A stretch of DNA of 64,000 nt, taken from assembly GCA_964409365.1 (NCBI GenBank), contig CAYPCX010000002.1:96984-160983 (forward strand), in the 5' to 3' direction. Both the position numbers and the translations under genes were made by a program. The stretch comes from an uncultured Planctomycetia bacterium (GTDB lineage: Bacteria; Omnitrophota; Gorgyraeia; Tantalellales; Tantalellaceae). Below are positions 36,001 to 48,000 of the stretch, one piece after another. How positions within the stretch are numbered: the first letter of the stretch is position 1; each line of letters opens with the position of its first letter. Below the pieces are notes generated by a model, which did no database searches, was not told where the DNA came from, and was given only the letters and a program-made list of their open reading frames with translations.

Positions 36001-39000
36001 CCACCGAGTTCGAGTCCGCGCTCCGCGAGATGGGCATCTTCGGCATAGCGCTCCTGAGCGGCCTGGACGTAGGCGCGGTAATAGGAGGGACACCGGTAAC
36101 GCGCGAGATCTCATCTCGCAGCAAAGACTCGAAAGAGAAAGAAAGCGAGCGCCTCTCGATGCTGGATGTGAAGCAGCAGGTATCCGCGCGGGACCTGGCA
36201 AAAGCAGTGCGCCTGACAGGGAAGAGCAGGCCGGCCACATCTGAAGATGTAGGTGCACGGGGAGGCGACGAACCCGGGCCCGGAGGCCTCGGTTTTCGCC
36301 TTACGGAAGGGCTGAAATACAAGCGTCCCGGAGGAGAACGCGCCGCAGAAGAAATGCCCGCGGAATACAGGAAGTACATGGGCAGTCTGACCGCCGGAGC
36401 GGCAAGCGTTGAACAGGGCTTCCTGGCGGAACTCGCCATGGACCCGGCCACGCTGGAAAAGAAAATGAGAAAGATAAGGGACGCTTTCGCGGGCGCGACG
36501 GTGTACGCCGCGATCGCCGGAGCGGCGTACAGGATAGGCGCATACGTGATGTCGGAATTTGACAAGAAAAGGATCGCTTATAGGAACAAATTAAAGCAAG
36601 AGAAAGCCCGGCGGGAACGGGCAAGCTTCCTGGACAGGATAGCGATGAAGGTCATGCAGCTCATAGAAGAAAGCAAAGAGAGGAACCAACAAGCAAAAAG
36701 GAGGGAATTAATAGCCAAAGGTATTACTGACGAAGAGGTGATCAAGAAAGAACTTGCAAAGGTCAAGGCTGACCCCGGCGCCTATACTTTTGACCGTACC
36801 AAGGGAATATATCGCATCCAGCCGACGGAAGATATCGAGGAGGCGATCAAGGAGCTGGATAAGGGATCCGCCACGGAAACGGTCCGGGAAACTCAGGCCG
36901 AAGAGCCCGTTGAACCCGGTATCTTTTCCGCGGTCGCGAAAGCTTTGCGTAAGGCCTTGGAGAGCATAACCGAGAAACTGATGGACCTGGTAGTCCCGTT
37001 ATGGGAAGCCGCTCCCATCAAGGTAGGGGAATTCCCGGCCAAACGTTTCATAGAGATGGCAGTGGGAGTGCCGCTCTCGTTCCTGGAAGGCCTTTCCAAG
37101 ATGACGGAGGTCCTGGAAAGGGTCAAGATAAGCACGGCGTTGGACAGGGAAACAGCTCTCCCGGAGAAGACTAAACTCGACGAATGGGGCGAAGAGTATG
37201 AGGTCGATATCCCCGATGCCCGCGACGTAGGAGAACGTGCCCGGGTCACGACGGAGATCGAAACGGAAGCCGGGAAAGTGACCGTTACGTTCGCCGGGAT
37301 AGAGGCGCAGGACGGCCTCGCGAAGACTACCGAGATCACCAGGAAGAACGCCGAGGTCGGGAAAGCGGTAGGAGCGGTGGAAGGTGAAGAGGGCTACATA
37401 TTCACGAGCATGATCATAGAAAAAGCCAGCAAGGACGGCGAGGTCAAGAGATACGTCCTGGATGTCCGGGGGTTCATACCGGCAGGGGACGTGGAGAGAA
37501 CGGGCGCGTTGAGCCTGGAAATGAATATGAAGGATAAACTGGTGAAAGAGATCGGGTCCTGGCTGAGTTCGGCCCAGAAGGCAGAAGGCGATGTCAGGGA
37601 AGGAGGAGCGGGCGAAGCGGGCGGCGGAGATGAAGCCAAGGCGACTGAACAGGAACTGATCAGGGACGTAGAAGCGATCTCGAATATCCTCTCCGGTATG
37701 CGCGTCAAGGGGAAGGTCGACATCATGACGGGCAAATTCGCGTTCAGGGTCGATATTGCCGAAGAAGGGGCGCGTGTTACCGGGGTGGGGATCAGAAAGG
37801 CGGCCGGGACGCCGATCGTGTTCGTACCGCTCGTAAGATCGATCGATCTTGCCAGCAGGGGAGATATGGACTCGCTGGAAAAAGCTCTCGGCGCGTTGCA
37901 GGATTTCTCTGCTACTAAAGACTTTGATGCGTTACTGGGAGGAAAAGGAACCAAAGACAAAGACGTTGTAAAAGCGGCAGAGAAGCTCCTGGACATATTT
38001 GCCGAGTTTGGCCTCGGTTCCGCCAAAGTCTGGCTGAAAGACCTTGGCGTTGTCCTGGAATCCCAGCTTTCCAACAGTAAGACGGTCGAATCATACAGGA
38101 TAACGAAGCCGATAGATATCTTTGCCGCCGATGTGCCGGAATTTCGCGGCGCGGACGTGCCGACTATCTCGATCGACGTCAGCAAGGGAGAACTCGAGAA
38201 AGTGCTTACCGATCTCCGGAAGGATCTCGAGGGTATCGTAAGGGTCGACGAAGGAAAAGTGCAGCTGAATACGGAAGCATGGAATAAGATCGCCAATGAG
38301 CTCGACCGCGAGCTTGCGGTCGAGCTTGGAGTGGGAGATATTGCCGTCAAGCTTGGAATGAGAGCTGGGACCGAAGTGGTCGTTACCGAGGTCCGGGCGG
38401 GAGATGCGGCGGCAAGGTTCAAGGCCGGGGAAAGAGTGATGATCGGCGAGGGCCTGGTGGACCTGGGATGGCTGGTGACCGTGGCTACACGGGCCGATCT
38501 CAGGGCTGAGGGAGCGGCGGGACCGGCGGCTACCCTCATGAGATTAGGGGAAGTGCTGGCCGCTCTCGGGCTTGGCCTGGGCGCGCGCGCGCCTGTCGCC
38601 GAAGTTACGCTGGTGACCCCGGGAGGATTCGAGACGAGGATGCGCGTCCGCTTCGAAGGAGTACGCGGCGACATTAAATTACGCGTCACCCATGTCATGA
38701 CCAAGGCCGGGGAAATGCGTGAGCTTGGCACGGGTATTCAGGTCGCCAGGGGCGCCGAAGGCGACAAGATGCTCACGGGATTGGCGGAAGCGGCCGCTAA
38801 GATAGATTTCCGCGTGGAAGGCAAGTTTGAAGAGACCATCAAAGCGTTACGTATTCTGGGCGAAGCGGGCGTGGAGACGGGCATGTTCGTCGGGAAGACG
38901 CTCGTGGAACTGAAAGGGGAAGGGCTCAAGCCGGTGCCGGTAGCTACGGCGCTCAGGATGGAGGTTGGCGGCGAGACGCGCGTGTTCAGGCTGCCGCAGC

Positions 39001-42000
39001 CCGTGGAAGTGACCGGGGCTAAAGTCGCAGAGATAACAAAGGCCGTTGCCGCCGCGGAAGCGAAGATCCCGGCCGGCGCGGGCGCGGCTCCCGAAATATT
39101 TGCCGCAGTGGCTCCTGTGCTCGCCAGGGAAGCGGGGATAGGTATAGTGGTCGAGGACAAAGGCCTGAGATTGGTTTCTGACGTAACTGATGGTGTAATG
39201 AGGATCTCCGTCTTGGGCCGGTTCCGTCCCTTTAAAGAAGAACGGAAGATCGGCGAGATGGCGATATCCTTGGAAAGCTTGAGAAGGCAGGAACCGGAAG
39301 ATTTTGGCAAAGGATTGTTAAAGGCAATAGCGGGCATTGAAACGATAAGTGCCAGAGTAGTGACGAAGTTGTCTGTTGCAGAAACACCGGGACTGCCGGC
39401 CGAAGGGTTAAGAGAATTAGCGGTGCAATTAAAAGATATACAGGTCGGGGAGGTCAAAGTAGAGATACCCGTGTTGGTCAGGGTTGAAGGCGAAGCTCGC
39501 GTGGGTGTCGTGCAGTTGGTAAGTCAGATCATTGAAGGTGCGCCTGAGATAAGTGTCGGGAAACTGGTGACGGCTGAGGGTGTCGAGCTAACATTTGAGG
39601 GCCTCAAAGTGGTAGAGGACGCCAAGGATCCAATAAGTGCGCATGAAAGAGCGCATATTGATGAGAAAAACCTGATGCAGGGCATCGTTGGCATATTCGA
39701 GAGCGTAGGCAGAGATGTCAAAGAAAACATAACGGGCGACCGCAAGACCCTGGGCACCCTTACCGGTGTCGCCAGGGGATTGATGGAGCTGGGTATTACC
39801 GGCGTGACAGTTACAACTGTGATCGACAGGGTCGAATATAAGATAAAGGCGGCCGCCGAGGAGGTAGAGATCAAGGTCGTGGGTATGTTGGCTAAACCGG
39901 ATGTATCCAGTTTCGTTTTTAAACCTTTCGCTCTTGGCAAGATAATGAAAGACGAACACGGGGAGCTGGTGCTTATGACTCCCGGGGGGAAGGAAGATAC
40001 GCTGCTCGATATGAGGATCGAGAGAGTGATCACGGCCGTCAGGACCATTGCCGCCAGGCCTTCCAAGGATCTTAGGGATATAGCCGGGCAGTTGATGGTC
40101 CTGGTAGCCCTGAGCGGCGAAAGCGTCACGGCGTGGACCCCCGCCGGTGTCAGGGTCAAGGCCGAAATAGAAGGGTCAAAGATAAAGCTTGCCTGGGACG
40201 CCATGAGGCTTGCTTACGGCAAGACGACGACGATAACGCCGGTCAATATACTGGAACTCAGCCTTGACAGGGTCAAGAGACAGATAAGTTACATAGTCGG
40301 GGATTCCATAATAGAAAACGTAAAGAACATGGCGGGGTTCATCGATATTCCCACCGCGGCCGGGATAGAACGGTTCATGAAACTCCTCGCTCCTGTTGCG
40401 GAGAAGATGTTAGAGACGCCCGGGGTCGCGATAGACGCGGGCAGGTTAAGGACCGGTGTGCTCACCATGGGTGAAGGCGAGGACGCCGTCCGCCTCAAGC
40501 TGGAGATAAAAGGCGAAGGTAAAGAATTCGAGGCAACTATAACCGATATAAAGAGGACCAGGGAAGAAAAAGACCTCGATATCAACATTTTCAGCAAGGT
40601 CGAAGCCTGGACGCCGGTCGGTCTCATGGTGGCCGGTAAGGAAGAGGCGATCAAGTTCGCCGATATACTCAAGGTGCGTCCCGAAGAGGTCGGCATAATG
40701 AGAGCTATCGGGATGTGCCAGGCGGGCAAACATGTCGCCTACGATGATCTCGAGAAAGCGTTAAGCGATTTCCACAGGATCATCGAGGACCCGAAGGTCT
40801 CGGCCGGCACCAGGGCCGCCTACATGGCCCTTTCATTGATACATGCGGGCGCCAGCCAGAGTGACATTATCGGTCTTTATAATTACAGCGTCAAGGAAGG
40901 CGATTTAGACAGGCTTCAGGCGGTCGTCCAGCTGTACCAGAGTAATATGACCGAGGAAGCAGACGCGATGACCAGGGGCCGCGGAAAGTTAAGCCTTACC
41001 GAAGAGAGGGTCATTGCCGATATCAAGGTGCAGAGAGCGCGACAGGTCGGCGGCAAACTGCTCTTCATGGCCAAGCATAACGTTAACGATATCAACCAGC
41101 TGGGCGTCTCTGCCGCCGATGTGAAAAGGCTTTACATCATCGGCAAGACGACCGGTAATTACGATAGGTTATACGCTCTTGCCGAGATGATGGGCGCCGT
41201 CGAGATGTGGAAGACGGATATCAACGGTGACCTCGTGGCGTCGGCGGATGATTTCAAGGCGATGGTCAAGGGCGACAAGACCGGGCTCACCATGGCGCAG
41301 AGACAGGTGGTCGGGAAAGTCCGCTTCAAGGTGATGAGCGCCATGCTGCCCGGCGCGTTACTGGAAGACGGAAGAAAGCTGCTTGACGCGTGTAACTTCA
41401 AGGAGGGCGGCTTCACGAAAGAACAGCTCATGAAAGCGGTCAAGAACGATGATCTCGACGCCATGTCCAGGATGGGCGCGGTAATAAGCGGGGTCAGGTT
41501 CGTTGACACCAGGACCGAAAAGGTCAAAGCGTTCGAGGTCAGGAAGACCGACGGCAGGTGGCTGTGCCACATCAAGATGGATTATACCGAAGGCAAGGGC
41601 CTTGAGCTGACCCTTGAGGGCCGGGCGCTCAGCCACCGGGGCATGCTGGACATTACGGTGGATTCTGCCGGGAGGGCGCTGCTTGCCAAAGATCTCACCA
41701 TGCGCGGCGGCGACGAAGGCGAGGAAATAACCCTCCTTGCCGAAAAGACCGTTATAAGTCTCTCCGGAGACTCCACGCTTAATATCCTCCAGGCGGAAGC
41801 CCGCGTCGGTAAATACAAGAAAGCTCATGTGAAAGAATTCGTTTCCATGCCGGCCCCGGCGGCCGCGGGCGTGACCGTTCCCAAACGCACCATCACGAAA
41901 CTCGAACGCGACAAGACAGGCGTGTTCGTCACGGACAGCACCCTGACTATCCGCGAGAACCAGTTCATACAGACGCCGGGCCAGGTATTCCAGCTCGGGG

Positions 42001-45000
42001 ATTCCTTCAAAGCGGCCGGGACAAGAGAAGAGTTCACGCTGGCCGGTGAGACCCTCACTATCACCGGCGACGGAAAGCAGATAATGTGCGACTACGTTGC
42101 CTGCGATTCGATAACCCGCATAGACGGCCAGATCGCCCTTGGTGAACGCCTCGACCCGGCGAGCTCTATCGGCGTTTCCGGCGGAAAATATGACGGTAAG
42201 AAGGCCGGTCAATTGTACAGCTGGAACGTGAACGGCGCCTACAGGACCGAAGGAATAATAGAAGGCACGGATGCCATATTTACCAGCTACGACAATACCT
42301 ATACCAGGAAGGATGGGACGAAGACCATAGAGACGGCATCGGGCACGATAACCGTCCGGGACAAGCGCGGGGTGGACATGCTTGCCGGCAGGGTCGTCAC
42401 GGTAGACACGGCGATGATGACGGCCACGGGGGCCCGTCATGTCAGGATAACCCAGACCGCCAAGGAGAGACTGAGCGAGACGCTCGAGAAAGGTGTCTGG
42501 ACGAAAGCGACGGTCCTGAACTGTGATTTCCACGGCTTCAGCATGAACGTTGTCATTGACGCCGAAACGGGCGAGATATTCGGCGCCGCGACAGCCGGGC
42601 GCCAGGCGCAGTCGGAGTTGAGAGGGTTGGAACATACGGCCGCCAGCGATACAAGGGCGTTCAACGGCACGTTCGCCATGCGCCAGGCCGTCAAGGTCAC
42701 CGAGAACACCGGCAGGCGCTTCTTTATCAGCGTGACAGGCTATGAAGCGTTCCATGACGGCGCCTGGACCGGAGCGAAACTCCTGAACCTCGCAGGGGTC
42801 GACGGACCTGTGGTCACGAACATGGCGGGGAAGGTCCTTGGGGATGTCTCCAAAGAACAGGCCGCCCAGTTGAGAGGGGTTACGCATACGGCTTCGGTCG
42901 AGAAGGACGTACTTGGCCTCGCGGGCAAGACCAAACTGCGCCGCAGTGCGGATGTACTGGAGGTCAAAGGCGCGTTCTTCGTGAACGTGGGCAAAGACAC
43001 CCAGCTGTTCGACGGCAAGAGCTGGAGGACCGTGGATTTCCGTGCGGCCGGAGAACACATGATAGCCATTGATCGCGATACCAAAGAAGTTATCGGGGAT
43101 ATCAATGTGATCGCCGGGGCTATCTGGAACATGCAGCTTAAGAACACCGGCACCACGATAGGCGAACTTGCCAAGGCGGGAAAGATCTCGATGTACGAAA
43201 GAGACGACAAGAAGGTCAAATTCACGCAAGAGAATATCGTGAAGGCCCTTGGCGATGTGACGGGCAAGGACAGGGATAAGCTGTTCAGCAAGGTGGATCT
43301 TATCGTGAAAGCCGATCTTGCGATCGGGAGGATGGACGAAAGGCTGTCCAATCTCGACTGGGGCCTTAAGACGATCGGCGACCTGGTCCTGCACGGGAAG
43401 TCAAAACAGGAATTCTTCGACCAGATGCTCAAGGGATTGGAGAGCGGTAACCCGAGCGAAGTGACCAGCACGTTCAATACCGTTGAAGCCCTTGTCAAGC
43501 TCAACGCCATGGACGGCGCGAAAGGCGACTGGTACGGCGCTTTTAACGCGACCAGGATGGAAGTATGGTCCTGGGCCGGGATCAGCGTGGATAAGATGAA
43601 GGATGCCGCTTTTGACGGAAGGTTCGACGAGCTGAAGCTCGCCATGAACAATGTCATCACCCTCGAAAAATTCTGTGACCTGATAAGTTCCAAGGACAAG
43701 GCCGCTGTCGCCGGCGTGAACCTGGGCAGCCTCCTGGATAAGGCCGGCTGGACGACCGGGAGGATGATAGGCCTCGTTGAATCAGGCGACCTGAAGGGCA
43801 TGGAGAACATGACCAAGTATGTCGCCGGCGCCCTGATCCAGTTCGGGGAGATGGCCGGCGTGGACGATACCGCCAAACGCAGGCTCCTGCCGCAAATAGC
43901 TGAAGCCATGGCCAAGGCGGAAACTGCCGCCGGCACCAGTACGTTCTCCGTTGATGTTAATGGCAAGGGCGCCTTTTTGAGGGTCACGGAAGAAGGGTTG
44001 TTCCTGGGCATGTTCGGCAGTGATGTGGATTTCAAGGCCGCCGGCATGATGAAGAACGCCGACAGTCAGGCCCTCATGAACGAGGTTGTTTTGTTCAGGT
44101 TCGAGGGCGAAGGCGCTTTCAGGTTGATGAACAACGCCGTCTGGCAGGATAAAAAGACCCTGAAGAAGACATACACCCTCATCGGCGGCGCCAAGGAAGG
44201 CGCGTTGATAAACATGAAGCCCGACGGGGCGCTGGATATTGTTTCCGGTAGGATGGATGTCCATGGAGACGCCGGGTTAAGGGTGGAAAGTTTGGAAAAG
44301 GTGCTTGGTCCCAGCGGTGTCGAGGAAAAGGCCACCGACCGCAGGGCCTGCATAGCGGAAGTGACCAGGGACGCGAAAGGTAATTACTATATCGGCGCTT
44401 CCACCAGGAAGGGTTTTGAGCAGGAATCGGTAAGGATCAGTATATCCAACAACAAAGCGGTCGCTTCCGAGGGCATGCTCATATTCTTCAACGTCAAGGG
44501 AAGTTTCTCCTTCTCCATCGGCGGCAGGACCTTCAACCAGAACAACATCAATGTGGCCAAAGAAGGCGTCGTCATGAGCAAGCTCGGCGCCGAGGACGGC
44601 AAGGTAAGGACCATGACCTTCAGCGAATGGAAAGCCGAAGTGGAAACGCAGATCAAGGACATAAGAAAAAGCGATACCATACCGCCGGCCGCCGAGGAAG
44701 AGCTGCAAACACTTAAGAGCAACATGGAGCATGGGCATATACTTGAAGCTGAGGGTAATGTGGAATTCATAAAGATAGCGCCCAAGGCCGCAAGCGTGCT
44801 TATGGACCTCAGTGACGCCGAGCTGGATAGCGTGGTAGAAGTGGCAAAAGCGAATGGTATAAGCGCGGATACACTGAGACTGTTCTTCAGAAAAGACGAA
44901 TTGACGACGGGAGCGCTCGCGAGGGCCGCGATGGACGACAGGACACTAGCCCGTCTTATCAATAACGTGTCGATTATCACAGCCTACAAGGCGCGGATGA

Positions 45001-48000
45001 ACATGTACGCGGCGAAAGAGCAGACGGGCAAGCTGGCCGAGGAGATGGCCGCGGCTTTCGGCGTAAGCAGCCTGGACAGGGACGATTTCGTCGCCCTCGC
45101 GACAGGCAAGTTAATGGATAGCCCCGCTCTTGCGCGGATGATGAGCGAGCAAACCCAGGAGCTCGTTAACATGTTCGAATATCATAAGGACGAGGCGACC
45201 GGTGAGATGGTCTACGGTTCGGAGACGATCGGAGGAAGGATCGGAGGAAGGCTCGGATGGTGGGCGGGGACCATAGATCATTACAAGCTCCAGATAGCGG
45301 GTGTAGCGGTCGGCCTGGTCTTCCTGCCCGCAGGCGCGATGCTTCTTGCCGCGGGTGTCGCGGCCGGGTTCAGCGCTATAGCCCATATAGGTATAAAGAT
45401 ATGGTCTAACGTGAGATACGGAAGGAGCTGGCATGCGGGTACCTTCATATGGGAGCGGGGAGGCGGATGGACCGACTTTGAGTGGGGATTCTTCAAGGCG
45501 GTCGGGGAAGGGGCCTTTAACGGCGCCGCGTTCTATGGAGGTATAGGAGTTGTAAGCAAGGTCGGGTTCGTGGGAACGTTGGTCAATAATGCTTATTCCA
45601 TGGGCAAGCTTGCTCCTGTTGTTTTTGTGGGGGCCGGGGGCATGATCAATGTCACGTGGAACATAGCGAGTGCGGAGTACGCGAACCTGGTAGGAGGAGG
45701 AAACGAGTTTTACACCAGGAGCAGGTTTGTCGGCGACTTTATAAGGGGCGGCGTGCTCGGTTTTCTTGTTTACCTTGGTTGTGGTAACGGGGCCAGCGCG
45801 GCGGCTACGGTAGGAAGCAAGATAGGAACGATCGCACTCGGCGCCGGTATAGGCGCTACAGGCTTTGTGACGGCCGACCTGGCGCAGGACTGGATGGAAG
45901 GGAAGATCACTTCCAAGGAAGAGTTGGGGAAACGCCTGCGGTCGAGCAGGACCCTGGTAAGCGCGCTTACAGGCGCGCTCTGGGGCGCTATGGCAGTGTA
46001 CGCGGCGACACCCGGGAAGGGCTTTGGCCAGGATAAGCTGAGGGGAGCTATCGCAAAAACGGGCAAGCTGGCCAGTTCCGGTAGGGCCATGGCTTGGGAG
46101 ATGGCCAAGGGCGCCGCGCATTGGCCTCTGGTAAGCATGTCGTTCGGCATTATCGGCGGCGTGGTCAATACCGTGTTTGATGCGATCAGGACAGGGTGGA
46201 ACAAGTCGGGCCTGCTCGGGGCTATCGGCCACGGCCTCCACGCGCTGGTCGTGTTTACGGACTGGAAGACGGAGAGCGGCCACCGCATGTTCAGCGGAAA
46301 AGGCCTTTTTGAGATCGCGCAGCACGGTATCGAAGGTTTCAGGACCGGTCTTTACATGGGCCCGTTCGTGGGTCTCTTCGGCGGTATCAGTCAGATGCCG
46401 GGGGCGATGGAAGCTAAAGCAGCTGAAGGAGTGGGATTGTGGGCTTCGGTAAGCGCTGGAGCGGGCAAAGCAGTGACCAGACTGGGTAAAACACTGGGTA
46501 AAATATGGGCAGGGGTAACGAAGGTAGCAGGAACGGTAGTCAACAAAGAAGCCGTACTTAACGCGTGGACCGCAGTAACGGCTGCAACAGGCGCTGCAAA
46601 AAAAGCTGTGTTAGGTGGTATGTGGAACGCGGCAAACGCGATAGCGAATAATTTCGCGACAGTGATGACGAACGCGGCATCCAGGTTCGGGATGAAGATC
46701 GCCGGCACTGCGGAGACGATCATAAAACTGAAGTTCATAAACAAGGCGCTTGAGGGTCTGGCGGCAAGGGACAAGTTCGGTGCCAGCAGGTTCGGAGGCG
46801 CGGGACTGTCGCAGGGCGCCACTTCTGTCCTGAGCTGGGCCATGCTTTTCGCCATACCGTCGGTCGTGGCTTATGTCCACCAGCGCAGGCAGCTGAGAAA
46901 GATAGCACAGATCCAGGAGAAATCGAGAGGGGCGGTTACCCGGAGCGTACACAAATTGCTTGATGGGAAGGCGAAGGAAATAGAGGCTGCCGGTAAAGCG
47001 GCATACGATAAATCAATGGAAGATACCGATGGTAAAGGTTTTTCGAGAGGATACCGGGAAGCGCTTGCAGAGAACCAGCGCCAGATCGCCAAAGGTGTGC
47101 GGATAGATTGGGCCATTCGCGAAGCAAAGCAGGAAATGGAAAAACGTACCAGTCCGAAGGAGAAAGAGGCTCTCAGGAAGCAGGGGCTGGCCAAGTGGGA
47201 AGGCATAACGACCACGGAAAGCGTGATCACCGAGGCCATAGAGAGCTATGTTAAGAAGATGGGCATAACTCCCCAGCAGTTCTTGGCCGCGGTAGCAGGG
47301 GTTGATTCTGCGATGCAAAGTATAAAAGCCGGCGAAAAAGCAAAGATGAAACCGGAAAGAATGGAAGAACTCAAGAAAGAAGCGGAAGCGCGCGGAAAAG
47401 AGATGCTTGATTTTCTGGAAGCTACCTCGCAATCCGGATTCAGTCTTTTTAACGCCATTGTTGATCCAGGGGTTAAACCGGGCGAAACAAAGGCGGAAAA
47501 GGCGGCATATGAAAAGGCTAAACAACAAAAGATTCAGGAACTACGGGGCAAACTCGGTAATGTCGGAGAAGCTGCCAGTGAGGGGCAAAGGGCGCAGTTC
47601 AGAAAGGAGATAGAGGCTGGAATTAACGCAAAGGCAAAGGGAAATGCTAAAATGCAGGCCCAGCTGAACAAGGAACTCGGGCCCAAAGGATCAGGTGTGA
47701 CCGGCTTGCAGGTTCTTACCACGGCTATCGAGACGTTCGTCAGGATACATGCATATACGGGCGGGAAATGGAACCCCCTGTGGGGTAAAGAAGCGCAGAA
47801 GGGCGGGCAGTTCAGTGCCGTGGTTGCCGGGTTATACTCTGCGATCGACTGCAACCTGCAGGGTACAAATGCGAGAGGCACTATCATAACCCTGCCTTGC
47901 GGCCAGGGTAAGACTTTCGTTAATGTGGCTCTACAGATGGCTTTCGGGACATGGCTGGTGGATGTGGCTCCATCCACTATTACCGACGCGGAAGGCAAAG

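Noticed and set aside
44805-44860. Second double-glycine leader-like motif (LSDAELDSVVEV)
   Set aside because: It lacks the G-G/A/S at the cleavage position and is probably an ordinary helix cap.
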